Shown here: piece by piece, positions 1 through 10,615 of the stretch
Layout: each line of letters opens with the position of its first letter
Position numbering within the stretch: position 1 is the first letter of the stretch
Assembly: GCA_038892955.1 (NCBI GenBank)
Contig: JAWASI010000001.1
Location: 48,841 to 112,840 of the forward strand
From: Ignisphaera sp.
GTDB lineage: Archaea; Thermoproteota; Thermoprotei_A; Sulfolobales; Ignisphaeraceae
Direction: 5' to 3'
DNA length: 64,000 nt
Notes under the pieces: model-generated
Databases searched by the model: none
The model's input: only the letters and a program-made list of their open reading frames with translations
What the model was told of the DNA's origin: nothing
Translations under genes and position numbers: made by a program

Positions 1-232
1 GCGGCAGAGTTTCAACATATACGTGACCATGGCCGGGGCATGCAACTCTTACATATAGATCTGCTGAAACTCCTACATAACTACCGTTTGCAAGTGTTGA
101 TACAGCAACTATTACGACATGCCTCGATTCATCGAGTATATAACCCGAGGAAATCTCAGGGCCTAAGTTTATAGAGATAAGTATTGTTATTGCAGTAATT
201 ATTGCATAAAACGTATTCTTATGTATTATCAT
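1..232 (-). CDS. 5' part of a secreted archaeal Lon-like (S16) serine protease, runs off the window
   Basis: Manual translation from ATG at 232: MIIHKNTFYAIITAITILISINLG...GVSADLYVRVACPGHGHVYVETLP. Hydrophobic signal peptide, GxGHVYVETxP-type motif, AGGTG SD upstream. Confidence 0.65.
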   Translation of the reverse strand, partial: MIIHKNTFYAIITAITILISINLGPEISSGYILDESRHVVIVAVSTLANGSYVGVSADLYVRVACPGHGHVYVETLP

Positions 233-391
233 TGATTACACCTAACTTCATCACATTAGATGCGCTTATGAATTTATATGTTGTATTTAAAATATGTTAC
301 TCACAAGGTGTTTATAAAATCTACCTCTATCTTCAGCAAAATATTTAAACAGGGTCTTGGTACTAGTATTTTCTAGATATAGGTGTAACTC

Positions 392-655
392 TTGGCTCTT
401 AATACACGTGATCGTGATAAAGTTGTTAAGTCTATTGCCCGTTGGCTTGCAGGGCTAAAACCTTCTTTTGGTGATAAACACTACTTTGAGAAGTACTCAT
501 CAGCTAAAAAAGCTGCAGAAAAACTTAACCCATACAGAGGACTAAGAATATGTCCTTTCTGTAAAAAGAAGTTTTTAAGATCTCCTGCCTTTGTATCACA
601 TCTAATGAAGAATCACATTTATGACTTAGAGAAGTTAATCGACGAAGAATCGTAA
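392..655 (+). CDS. Small C2H2 zinc-finger protein
   Basis: CPFC...HLMKNH motif; AGGTG SD before TTG. Confidence 0.75.
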   Translation: MALNTRDRDKVVKSIARWLAGLKPSFGDKHYFEKYSSAKKAAEKLNPYRGLRICPFCKKKFLRSPAFVSHLMKNHIYDLEKLIDEES

Positions 656-841
656 AGCGCTATCGAATATCTTAAAATAGTTTTGTTTACATTTAATGTA
701 AAATACTTAGGGATACACTGTAAAAAGCAATTAATTGGTGATATGGTTGTCGCTTAGTTGTAGTATAACCTTTGCTGGAATTATTTCTATAGTTTTAGTT
801 GATTCATTTTGATTTAAATGTATTCTACTTAGTTATAACTA

Positions 842-1291
842 TTGGTGATCGTTATGGTCCATATGGTCGATGTTAGTTTAAAAGAGGAAGTAAATAGAAT
901 TGCAACAGCTAAGGGTTGCATAAGATTGCGTAAAACTACTATTGAGAAAATTATTAATAAAGAGATTGAGAAAGGAGATATAATTACTGTCACACAATTA
1001 GTTGCTATCGAAAGCGCAAAGAAAACATCGCTACTTTTGCCGTTTTGCCACCCTATAAGAATAGATCATGTAGAATCTAAGGTTTGGATAGAGGAGAATA
1101 GAGTTTGTGTAGAGGTAACAGTAAAAGCTCGTGAAAGAACAGGTGTCGAAATGGAGGCATTGACAGCTGTAGCTCTAGGTCTTTTGAATGTTTGGGATAT
1201 GGTAAAGAAATATGAAAAGAACGAAGTAGGTTTATATCCGTACACCTTAATAGAGAATATAGTTGTGGTTAGTAAACAAAAACATATGTAG
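842..1291 (+). CDS. moaC: Cyclic pyranopterin monophosphate synthase MoaC
   Basis: MVDVS, LLPFCHP, TGVEMEAL and WDMVK motifs. True start may be a few codons downstream. Confidence 0.95.
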   Translation: MVIVMVHMVDVSLKEEVNRIATAKGCIRLRKTTIEKIINKEIEKGDIITVTQLVAIESAKKTSLLLPFCHPIRIDHVESKVWIEENRVCVEVTVKARERTGVEMEALTAVALGLLNVWDMVKKYEKNEVGLYPYTLIENIVVVSKQKHM

Positions 1292-1297
1292 TTATAT

Positions 1298-2026
1298 ATG
1301 GTAATCTTACTAAGGATTTTGGTGTTTATTTTGGGAGGTACTACCGAGGTATTCCTACCTTACCCACGTATAAGAAAAGAGGTTTTATCAGTTGAAGAAG
1401 CTATAGCCTATAGAAGATCTATTAGAAACTTCAAAAAAGAACCTATATCGTTAGATCACCTATCACAATTACTTTGGGCTCTCTACGGTATTACAGACCC
1501 TAAACATGGATTCTTAGCTACACCAAGCGCTGGTGCCACGTATCCTCTAGAGATATATGTTGTTGTAGGTAATAATACCGTTAAAGTCTCTGACGATCAA
1601 TACATTGATGCTGGTGTCTACAAATATGATAATTATGCTCATAAGTTAATACTCTTAGTTTCCGGCGATCTTAGGGAAGAACTATATAGAGCTTGTTTAC
1701 ATCAATCGTGGATACGTGAAGCAGCCATAAGTATTGTTATATCTGCTGTTTATGAAAGAACTACGAGTTACTATGGTGAAAGAGGTTATAGGTATGTACA
1801 TTTTGAGGTAGGCCATGCAGGGCAGAACCTATACCTCATGGCAACAGCACTTGGGTTAGGGACAGTAGCTATAGGAGCTTTTAGAGATCAAGATGTTAAA
1901 CGTATTCTGAAGTTACCACCTAGTGTAAACCCTCTTTACATTATGCCTATAGGTGTACCAGCGTATCCCTATACCATAACGGAGAGAGAACTAGCTAAAT
2001 ACATTAAGGAATACCGCATAACATAA
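1298..2026 (+). CDS. SagB/ThcOx-type nitroreductase family protein
   Basis: RRSIRNF, TPSAGATYPLEIY, EVGHAGQNLYL. Confidence 0.85.
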   Translation: MVILLRILVFILGGTTEVFLPYPRIRKEVLSVEEAIAYRRSIRNFKKEPISLDHLSQLLWALYGITDPKHGFLATPSAGATYPLEIYVVVGNNTVKVSDDQYIDAGVYKYDNYAHKLILLVSGDLREELYRACLHQSWIREAAISIVISAVYERTTSYYGERGYRYVHFEVGHAGQNLYLMATALGLGTVAIGAFRDQDVKRILKLPPSVNPLYIMPIGVPAYPYTITERELAKYIKEYRIT

Positions 2027-2126
2027 GTTTAGTTATTGAGTAGTACTTATCCAATTTTCCTTATTCATTTCTTTTTTAATATGTTAACCTTATTGATAAA
2101 ACTCAAAACATATTCTTTTAGGGTTT

Positions 2127-2768
2127 ATGTTGAGTGCTATAGTCAAGATGTACATAGATTACTTATACCAAGAATTAGGTAAAGACCTTGTAGAACAGAT
2201 TATAGAAATACCTCCTGGGGTAAAAATTCTTAAGAATGGTATAAAGAATCTATTCGAACACCCTCATGTAGTGCTTTGGCATAATTTTTTGCTTAGTTAC
2301 TTCGATCCTAAGGTGTGCGGCAAACCATATGCTATTATAATGCCTTGTTCTTCCATAAAACCCTACAGGCTTTCGCCGACGCATAAAATCCTAGACTCTC
2401 TCTTAATCAAAAATGGTGTTACCGATTATGTGCAAGTGTATATTTTATCGGAACCTATGATCTTAGTTCCACGTGAGTTAGACATATATTATCCTTTTGC
2501 AAATTATGAGTACCCTGTTCAAGAGCTTACACCACAGTATAGAGAGAAATTTATTGAATTATTGTCGGCTGTACTACCAAAACTTAAATATCATAGAAAA
2601 ATAGTTGTTGTTTTACCTAAGCATCATCTATCAGTATTTTGGGATAGTCTAGAAAGAGTTGGTGGGGAATCCAATGTAATAATAATTGAGTATGGTAGGA
2701 AAGCCTTCCAATCAGTTAAAACCGCTGCTGTAACCGTAATAAACTATGTTAAAACATTAAACCTTTGA
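2127..2768 (+). CDS. DUF5591 / ArcS-like domain protein
   Basis: PCSSIKPYRLSPTH and SEP..LVPRE....YP...YEYP motifs resemble the ArcS (TgtA2) catalytic region. Confidence 0.65.
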   Translation: MLSAIVKMYIDYLYQELGKDLVEQIIEIPPGVKILKNGIKNLFEHPHVVLWHNFLLSYFDPKVCGKPYAIIMPCSSIKPYRLSPTHKILDSLLIKNGVTDYVQVYILSEPMILVPRELDIYYPFANYEYPVQELTPQYREKFIELLSAVLPKLKYHRKIVVVLPKHHLSVFWDSLERVGGESNVIIIEYGRKAFQSVKTAAVTVINYVKTLNL

Positions 2769-2814
2769 GTATCTATAATTGCTTACCAGATGTTGGACTA
2801 TAGGGTATTGTTTC

Positions 2815-4269
2815 TCATTTTTTAGGTTCTAGAATTTCGTCAACATCTATACCTTCTCTTAATAGGATAGCCCTAGCTGCTATAACTCCTGTTGCTGCTG
2901 CTACGTTCATGCCTCTCGATAATCCCACTCCATCTCCTGCTACAAACACGTTTTTAAGATTTGTTTCTAATTCTTTTGTAACCCTTGCTTTTACGCTGTA
3001 GAACTTTATCTCTGGTGCATATAGAAGGGTTTGAGGTGACGCTATGCCAGGTATTATGGTGTCAAGACGTTTCAATGCCTCAATAATGTTTACAACAACT
3101 CTATACGGATAAGCCATAGCTATATCGCCCGGAGTCACGCTTTTAAGCGTAGGTTCTACTACGCTTCTCTCGATTCTTCCCCAAGTACTTCTTCTCCCAG
3201 CTTCTAGATCTCCAAATCTCTGTATGATAGGTTTTCCACCGCCCAGCTTTGTTGCAAGCCTAGCTATACTTTTTCCATATGCTATGGTATCCTCAAATGG
3301 GTCTGTTAACCTAACTGTTACGAGGAGCGCAAAATTGGTATTCTTTGTTTTTATATTTGTGTAGCTTTCACCGTTTACACCAACAGATCCATCTGGATAT
3401 CTTTCCTCAACAACTAACCCATAGGGATTTGAACAAAAGGTTCTTACTTTATCGTCGTAACTCTTGGTATACATAACTATCTTTGGATCTCTTACTATCT
3501 TCGTTATCGGTTCCATCACGTAAGCCGGTACTTCAACTCTTACTCCAATATCTAATGGACCAGGCTCAATATCAATACCTCTTATCTTAGCTAGATCAGA
3601 GAACCACTCAGCACCTACTCTGCCAGGTGCGATGATTACGTATTTACTCTCCAAAAAGCCCGTACTTGTTTTTAATACATATTTATATCCATTAGGTTGA
3701 ATATCTTCGACTGTATTTCGTTCTATTATTTGTATTCCTCTATCCTCTAAGAATCTGACTATATTAGCTATAACCTTGGGCATGTTGTTTGAACCTATTA
3801 ATCTCTGGGGTGTGGGTATAAATTTAGCACCAGCTTTTGCAGCTAAGCGTTCTAGCTCAGATGCTTGTTCATATTCTATCATGTACAGGTTATTTGGTGC
3901 ACCAAATTTTACAAGCACAGAATCTACGTAACGAATAAGAGCTTCTGCTTCTTCCCAGCTACCTAGCAGCTTATCAAGGTCTCCTCCTATGTCGGGCCTA
4001 AGATTCATAGTACCGCTGCTGAAGGTTATAGCTCCACCTATACCTGATAAAACATTGCATGGGTTACACATGATACACTCTTTATCTCTTACCAATCTCT
4101 TTATGTTTAGCATAGGGCATGATCTAGATGGGTTTTTAGAGCCCATCTCGAGTAGTGCTACACGAAGTTTATTACTACTGTACTGGGCTAATTCATGTGC
4201 TGCAAAAAGACCTGCTACACCACCACCGACTATAACTACATCATAACTTTTGCTCATTGTCTCCACCAT
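2815..4269 (-). CDS. FAD-dependent oxidoreductase with N-terminal Cys cluster
   Basis: GGGVAG Rossmann motif, CxxCxxC, RTFCSNP, YAPEIKFY, FVAGDG. Confidence 0.85.
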   Translation of the reverse strand: MVETMSKSYDVVIVGGGVAGLFAAHELAQYSSNKLRVALLEMGSKNPSRSCPMLNIKRLVRDKECIMCNPCNVLSGIGGAITFSSGTMNLRPDIGGDLDKLLGSWEEAEALIRYVDSVLVKFGAPNNLYMIEYEQASELERLAAKAGAKFIPTPQRLIGSNNMPKVIANIVRFLEDRGIQIIERNTVEDIQPNGYKYVLKTSTGFLESKYVIIAPGRVGAEWFSDLAKIRGIDIEPGPLDIGVRVEVPAYVMEPITKIVRDPKIVMYTKSYDDKVRTFCSNPYGLVVEERYPDGSVGVNGESYTNIKTKNTNFALLVTVRLTDPFEDTIAYGKSIARLATKLGGGKPIIQRFGDLEAGRRSTWGRIERSVVEPTLKSVTPGDIAMAYPYRVVVNIIEALKRLDTIIPGIASPQTLLYAPEIKFYSVKARVTKELETNLKNVFVAGDGVGLSRGMNVAAATGVIAARAILLREGIDVDEILEPKK

Positions 4270-5279
4270 AAACCTAGTTCTCTTCTCCTATCAATAGTAC
4301 ACAAAATATCTTCGCCTGTACTAATTAGGGTTACAGGAGTCCGTAATTCATTTTCAAGTTCTTCAATCCAGTTGCGAGCTTTGAGGGATAACCTATGCCA
4401 TTCTTTTACACAATAGTCCTCCTTAAATAAGGAATCGAGACGCGTTAATGCCATCTGCGTTGCAGAGTTAAGCATTATTGCTCTTTTCGCTAATTTTAAG
4501 TTAAATGGTGCAGCACGTCTTATTCTTCCGGTGACAGTAGCTATTTCGAGTAAACCTAGTTTCTTAGCCTCTTCTACCGATAGTTCATTCTCTAGAGGTC
4601 CTCCACCAACTCTGGTAATATATGATTTGAATACAACTATAATTTGGTCAACCTTCTTAGGGCCTACGCCTACCTCAGATAGAAATGCTGAAGCTGTTGT
4701 ATCTCTACTAGTTACATAAGGGTATGTACCATGGTAAAGGCTTAGAAATGTACCTTGAACACCTTCTATATAGACAATTTCGCCTCGGTCTATGGCTTCG
4801 TTAACTTCTAGTGCAACATCTGTCAGCATATCTCTTAATGCCTCGATATCTTTAGCAAGCTTAAGCTTTCTAAGGACCCTATCAACTGCTGCAGCACCTA
4901 CCCCTTGAAGCGTTGACCCGATGATTTTGGATAGGAATTCATCTGATTTCTCTATCTCTATATGTTTATCCTCTATAATACCTGTATGCATATCTAGTAA
5001 TAACCTACCTTTTGTCTCTGTTTCCTCCATCTCCTTGAACAAAATACTGGGGTTAACAAGCGCTCCTGCAGCAATTAATAGTTTTGTAGTTTTATTGATA
5101 AAGAACGATGGTACTATTCTGAGTTTCCAAACTTTGTTGCTGTAAACAACAGTATGACCAGCATTTACGGAGCCTACTCTAACAGCTATATTAGGTTTAT
5201 CTATGTAGCCTAGGTACCCAGCTACTTTACCCTTACCTTCATCGCCGAAGAATCCTCCAACAATTACAGCCAGAGGCAT
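4254..5279 (-). CDS. purA: Adenylosuccinate synthetase (short archaeal form)
   Basis: GDEGKGK, NAGHT, YPYVTSRDTTA, TVTGRIRR. Confidence 0.97.
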   Translation of the reverse strand: MPLAVIVGGFFGDEGKGKVAGYLGYIDKPNIAVRVGSVNAGHTVVYSNKVWKLRIVPSFFINKTTKLLIAAGALVNPSILFKEMEETETKGRLLLDMHTGIIEDKHIEIEKSDEFLSKIIGSTLQGVGAAAVDRVLRKLKLAKDIEALRDMLTDVALEVNEAIDRGEIVYIEGVQGTFLSLYHGTYPYVTSRDTTASAFLSEVGVGPKKVDQIIVVFKSYITRVGGGPLENELSVEEAKKLGLLEIATVTGRIRRAAPFNLKLAKRAIMLNSATQMALTRLDSLFKEDYCVKEWHRLSLKARNWIEELENELRTPVTLISTGEDILCTIDRRRELGLWWRQ

Positions 5280-5507
5280 TATAGCACCTTTAGAATCTTT
5301 ATTAAATTACAAACTGATCTTGAAGCGATACACAAATAGTTATTTATATTTGCTAGATATTCTATTCTATGATTATTAGCGTAGCTCTCCACAGTATCCT
5401 TTGCTTATAGTTTACCAGAAATCTAGAATTAATAAGGTTTTCTTTAAATAAACAGAAGATAGGCTAACTTTATCTTCGAAATTTTGAATATTTATTGAGG
5501 TTACACT

Positions 5508-6878
5508 ATGATCGATTACAGAAGTATAAGTGAACGAATTGATGAATATATGTCACAGCTTATTAGCGTATATGTAGAAAAAACAAAGAAAAGTAAAGAA
5601 TTATTTACCAAGGCCTTGAAGGTATTTCCGGGAGGTGTTACATACCATATAAGGTACTTCGATCCTTACCCTCTGTACGTAGTTAAAGCAAAAGGTTCTA
5701 GGGTATGGGATATCGACGGAAATGAATACGATGATTACTGGATGGGGCACGGAGCCCAAATCTTAGGTCATGCACCTGATTTCGTAGTAGAAAAAGTAAA
5801 TACTATCTCTAAACAGGGTACACATCTAGGCTTTGAAAATATTCATGCACTTGAATACGCTGAACTTTTAACAAAAATTATACCTAATGCTGAAATGATA
5901 AAGTTCTGTAATAGTGGAACAGAAGCAAATATGTATGCATTAAGGCTTGCACGGGCTTATACTAAGAAAAAATATGTTATTAAGATAGAGGGTGGATGGC
6001 ATGGATCTTTAGATCAGCTACACATATCTATTACACCACCGTTTGTAGGTCCTGAATCCCTTGGTATTCCAGAGGAATTCACCAAGTATACTATTGCTAT
6101 TCCTTATAACGATATCGAGGCTCTTGAAAGAGTGCTTAAAGCATTAGATATAGCAGCTATACTTATTGAACCTGTACCTGGAGCAGGCTTTATAGAGCCA
6201 GAACCTAACTACCTAAAAGAAGTTAGAAAACTAGCTGATACCTATGGAAGTTTGCTGATATTCGATGAAGTTGTAACAGGGTTTAGACTTGCATTAGGAG
6301 GAGCCCAAGAATATTTCAATGTTGGTGCAGACATAGTTGTACTTGGCAAAATAATTGGCGGTGGATACCCAGGAGCAGGAGCATTTGCTGGTAAAAAAGA
6401 GTATATGCAGCTCTTAGATCACATAAAGTATCCGAACCCTCGCCAAAGAGTATTTCATGGAGGTACTTTCACAGGTAATATTATAACTATGGTAGCAGGC
6501 TATACAACAATAAAATATCTATCAGATAATAGTTATCTCTATAACGAATTTAACAATCGATGGGGTAATGTAGCTAAAATGTTAGATAAAGTGTGTGAAG
6601 ATTACAACCGTATTTGTTGGATAACATCTGTAGGTAGTATGATTGGTATTCATTTTACCTTAAAGAAGCCTAGGAATGTAGGAGAAGCTTATATTATAAG
6701 GTGGAACGAGAAAGTATACAAAGCTCTACATCTATATATGATAACCAATAACATAATCTATATGACTGCTAATATGCCGCATTTAATGCCTTCGATAATC
6801 CACACAGAAGATCAAGCAAGTAAATTTATTAGCGTGTTTGAACAATTTTTATCCATTGTAACAGGAAGAAAAGTATAG
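5508..6878 (+). CDS. Class III PLP aminotransferase, glutamate-1-semialdehyde aminomutase (HemL)-like
   Basis: DIDGNEY, NSGTEA, FDEVVTGFR, LGKIIGGG, HGGTF. Exact substrate uncertain. Confidence 0.8.
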   Translation: MIDYRSISERIDEYMSQLISVYVEKTKKSKELFTKALKVFPGGVTYHIRYFDPYPLYVVKAKGSRVWDIDGNEYDDYWMGHGAQILGHAPDFVVEKVNTISKQGTHLGFENIHALEYAELLTKIIPNAEMIKFCNSGTEANMYALRLARAYTKKKYVIKIEGGWHGSLDQLHISITPPFVGPESLGIPEEFTKYTIAIPYNDIEALERVLKALDIAAILIEPVPGAGFIEPEPNYLKEVRKLADTYGSLLIFDEVVTGFRLALGGAQEYFNVGADIVVLGKIIGGGYPGAGAFAGKKEYMQLLDHIKYPNPRQRVFHGGTFTGNIITMVAGYTTIKYLSDNSYLYNEFNNRWGNVAKMLDKVCEDYNRICWITSVGSMIGIHFTLKKPRNVGEAYIIRWNEKVYKALHLYMITNNIIYMTANMPHLMPSIIHTEDQASKFISVFEQFLSIVTGRKV

Positions 6879-6955
6879 TATGTTAATCAAAAAATATACT
6901 AAAAAATACTAAAAATATTATTAGTTAAATCTAACTTGCTTGATATTATTGTTCT

Positions 6956-9900
6956 TTATTTTGCTAGGGCTCTTGATATAGCTATTGTTGCATATATAGC
7001 TGCTGCAGCTGCAATAACAGCAAATACTAGAGCTACTACAACTAATGTTCTTAAGGTTCCTACACCATCGTCGACTGATACTATCTTTGAATCAATATTC
7101 GTTAATCTACCTACTGTATCAGCTCTAAATGCTCCGAGATCAGATCTAATCGCATCGATACCTGTTCTAACATCTGTTATACTAGCTCCAACACTGTTTA
7201 CAATACTTACAACATTACCGATATCTGCTCTAACCCCTGTTACATCTGTTCTTAGACCAGATACATCTGTTCTTAATTTCTCTATTTCGCTTCTTGCCTG
7301 CGATAATGCTGCAAGTGCAGACTCTACACTACTCTTTACGTCATTTACTGCGTTCTTTACATCACCTAGAGCAGGTTCTAATGCTTTCAATGCATTTAGA
7401 GCAGTTTGTAGAGCTTGTAGTGTCTTTATGGCTTCGTCTAGATCTGATGATAGTACATCTAGCTTCCTGAGTACCTCTGATAGCGCTTGTACATCGCTCT
7501 TTGTTGCAACTACAGTTCTGAGATCACTTACAGCTACAGCTACGTTGTTTACAGCTGATGTAACTGCAGCTATAGCGGTTGTCATTGACGTGGTCAGTAT
7601 CTTTATATCTGTTTTGTTAGCCATATTAGCGGATACAAACTTGCTAAGGCTATCAATCGCTGTTTTTAGCTCAGTTGCCCTAGTATTAATTAAGTTTTCA
7701 AGCGCGGTCCTTAACGGTGCGAGTGCTTCTTGAGCACCAACTGCTGCACTGCGTGCAGCTTCTACAGCACTTGCTATGGCATCTAATCTGCTTAATATAG
7801 CACTCCTAAGTGCTTCGATATCAGATTTCGTTGCTACCTTGCTTAAGTTGTTTATAACGAATACGCTACCTGGTAATGTGCTTTTAACTTCATTTCCTAC
7901 AACATATAGGAGCTTTATCTCGTAAGCTCCTGGCTCTAGAGCAGGTATGTAGAGACCTGGCACTATATCTTTGCTGTAGGTATTAATCAGTACACCTCTT
8001 TCATCTGCACTCCATCTCTGAACCTGTGTATTGAGTACAAATGCTGCATCGGTATTATTCACTAACATACCAACGAATGATACACCTGGTCTAAAGCCTG
8101 TTCCTAGTACTCTTACGAATCCTGGTCCAACAAGTACCGGTAAGTAGTATTTGCTTAAGTCTAGGAGTAATATTTTAGGTCTAACCATAACAGGTCTTGT
8201 AATGAACCTTGTTCCATTGAAGTAGTCAGTTATTGTTATGCTACCGCTAACAGTTCCAACAGCTACTATTACATAATCGCCTTCTGGTACTGTTGGCACT
8301 ATGAAGGATACCTCAACTGTTGAAGCATTCGCTTTAACAGTTCTTATCGGTGTTCCTCCGAAGTATATTGTGAATGTTTCTCCAGGTGAAGCCCCTGATA
8401 TAACCACCTTTATTTCATCACCTAGGTAATCACAGCGTCCAACGTAAGTTACGCATTTAGCACAGTAGCTTAAGCCCACAATTGTTTCTGGACATGGGCA
8501 TACCATTACTCTCCTATTATCGTAACCTGCGCTAACTATAGGTTCCTTTGGTACTGTATATGGTGGTACTGGTACTATTGTATAGTATGCTCTAGCGCCG
8601 ATTATTATTGCCAGCGTGTATTCATAGCCCCATTTATCGACACCCCATATATAGTGTACACCGAATGTCGCATCAGACGGTATTGTTACGGTGAATGTTC
8701 TATTACCATCTTTACCTAATTTAACTGTGGCTAATCTTACTATTTTCTCCCAATACACATCTAGGTAGTTATCATCTTGTCCTGGCGGTATATGTTTCCA
8801 GAAAGCACCTGGTGCATAACCATAGGCCGCTATGGTAACTGTTTGTCCAGGTAGTACCGGTAAGGGTGTTAGAAGGACTAGCAATGGTCTTACAATATAG
8901 TATACGTTTCTGAATTCAAAGCTAGGTCCAGCAAGAGGTCTTCCTGTAACTGTTAGAGTAGCTGTTGTTGGTGTATATGTCCAGCTTATTGTCCACTCAA
9001 TCCCTGCATCTGTAAATCTTAATGTCGGTATTGTTATTGATGTATCTGTAACGCTCATGTTTGTTGGAAATACGTAGAACCTTGAGACAGTTACACCTGT
9101 ATCCCTATTCGTATATACTACTGTCAAGTTAGCTCTAGTAACTGCAAACCTCCATTCTCTTAATACTAATAGTATCTGGTTAGTATAGTTATAGAAAGTA
9201 GCCCAATACCTGTAGGCACCTGGGGTTGGAGGTGCTGTAAGGTCATAACTTAGCGGCACTATGTTAAACGACACATTAGCTGTGTAAGCATCTAGGGCAG
9301 CGTTATATGTCGTCGGAGCTGTGCCAGAGAACAATGTTACGTATGGAATAGTTGTTATATTATATAGCGAAAATCTTATCATATTTCCTTCAATATTTGC
9401 TGCTAACTGGTATATCTTACCGGCATATGTAATGTTTATTCTAAGCACTTCAGTCTTTACAAAAGCCATTCTAGATGCTGTAACTACGTAATCTAGCGCT
9501 CCATCAACAAATGAAGTAGCTCTTATAGATGCTCTAGTACCAAGCGCACCCACGATTGCTGTCTCTGATATGGTAACTGTTCCTATTGCTCTAAGAGCTA
9601 TTGTTGAGGTATTCGTTAACGTTCTAGGTAATGGTGCTTCGTAGACTATAGGTATATATAGACCAGCTGTCATGTTGGTTCCTCTTCCACCCCCAGTATA
9701 TGGTCTTAGATTTGTCAACGTGAAGTAACCATTGGCATTGGTACCAAAACCTGTTGGTGGTGTAAATGTGTATCTAACATTTGTGAAGTTGATATTCCAG
9801 AGGTCAATCCTCACTATGGCGACACTAGGACTAAAACCATAGCCAGTGATAGTTATAGCCACGAGATCGCATACAGAGGCATCGCATCTACCATTACTTT

Positions 9901-10615
9901 CCGTAGGTGTTATAACTACTTGTGGTCTTATCTCTACTGTTCCATTCTTAGCTCTCCTTAAATCAGTCGTAATAGACCCAAGACCATATACCCTATATGT
10001 TCCTCTAGGAATACCCTGTCCTGTAATTGCTAGTAGGTTAACAGATGTACTTCCGTAACCATCACCTCCTATTGAAACAGATACACCAACATTGTATGTA
10101 GCTGGACCTGCAAATACTACAGTAGTAACGGTATCTCCTGGAGCGAATCCTAGGAATTCAACGTTAACATTGTTCGCCACACCATCGTATCGTACTACAG
10201 TAGTTGAGGAAGGTGTAACTCTTATCTTTGGGGCTATGAAGAATTGTTGAGCTACTCCTCCAAATACTGTGTATACAACTACCCATCCACTCCTATAAGT
10301 TGAGTTGTAGTTTACAAGACCTGCTGGCCTCTCTGGAAGTGTTAATGTTATCGTGTATCTCCCTGCTGTTGGTGGTACAAATACTTGTTCTGCCCATACA
10401 GATGAGCATCCAGAATCATTGCATAGCCTTACTGTTACTGTTGTTGCTAAACCTATATCCATTGTTACTGCTACAGGTTCGCCTGGGTAGGCAGGTGTGG
10501 TTACACTTACTATCTGAACTGGTACTTGGGCTAACGTTACTATCATTGTAGATGCCATTGATGCTATCAATAGCGTTAGTAGTATGTATGGGGTTAATTT
10601 TTTCAGGTTAGACAT
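6956..10615 (-). CDS. Large surface (S-layer) glycoprotein with beta-rich arms, coiled-coil stalk and C-terminal membrane anchor (tetrabrachion-like architecture)
   Basis: Signal peptide, repeated Ig-like segments (RPxV/I...GxGF), many N-x-S/T sequons, ~260-aa coiled coil, C-terminal TM helix, AGGTGA SD. Confidence 0.75.
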   Translation of the reverse strand: MSNLKKLTPYILLTLLIASMASTMIVTLAQVPVQIVSVTTPAYPGEPVAVTMDIGLATTVTVRLCNDSGCSSVWAEQVFVPPTAGRYTITLTLPERPAGLVNYNSTYRSGWVVVYTVFGGVAQQFFIAPKIRVTPSSTTVVRYDGVANNVNVEFLGFAPGDTVTTVVFAGPATYNVGVSVSIGGDGYGSTSVNLLAITGQGIPRGTYRVYGLGSITTDLRRAKNGTVEIRPQVVITPTESNGRCDASVCDLVAITITGYGFSPSVAIVRIDLWNINFTNVRYTFTPPTGFGTNANGYFTLTNLRPYTGGGRGTNMTAGLYIPIVYEAPLPRTLTNTSTIALRAIGTVTISETAIVGALGTRASIRATSFVDGALDYVVTASRMAFVKTEVLRINITYAGKIYQLAANIEGNMIRFSLYNITTIPYVTLFSGTAPTTYNAALDAYTANVSFNIVPLSYDLTAPPTPGAYRYWATFYNYTNQILLVLREWRFAVTRANLTVVYTNRDTGVTVSRFYVFPTNMSVTDTSITIPTLRFTDAGIEWTISWTYTPTTATLTVTGRPLAGPSFEFRNVYYIVRPLLVLLTPLPVLPGQTVTIAAYGYAPGAFWKHIPPGQDDNYLDVYWEKIVRLATVKLGKDGNRTFTVTIPSDATFGVHYIWGVDKWGYEYTLAIIIGARAYYTIVPVPPYTVPKEPIVSAGYDNRRVMVCPCPETIVGLSYCAKCVTYVGRCDYLGDEIKVVISGASPGETFTIYFGGTPIRTVKANASTVEVSFIVPTVPEGDYVIVAVGTVSGSITITDYFNGTRFITRPVMVRPKILLLDLSKYYLPVLVGPGFVRVLGTGFRPGVSFVGMLVNNTDAAFVLNTQVQRWSADERGVLINTYSKDIVPGLYIPALEPGAYEIKLLYVVGNEVKSTLPGSVFVINNLSKVATKSDIEALRSAILSRLDAIASAVEAARSAAVGAQEALAPLRTALENLINTRATELKTAIDSLSKFVSANMANKTDIKILTTSMTTAIAAVTSAVNNVAVAVSDLRTVVATKSDVQALSEVLRKLDVLSSDLDEAIKTLQALQTALNALKALEPALGDVKNAVNDVKSSVESALAALSQARSEIEKLRTDVSGLRTDVTGVRADIGNVVSIVNSVGASITDVRTGIDAIRSDLGAFRADTVGRLTNIDSKIVSVDDGVGTLRTLVVVALVFAVIAAAAAIYATIAISRALAK

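Noticed and set aside
6936-7733. 265-aa plus-strand ORF
   Set aside because: Antisense shadow of the S-layer coiled-coil region; explained by codon bias.
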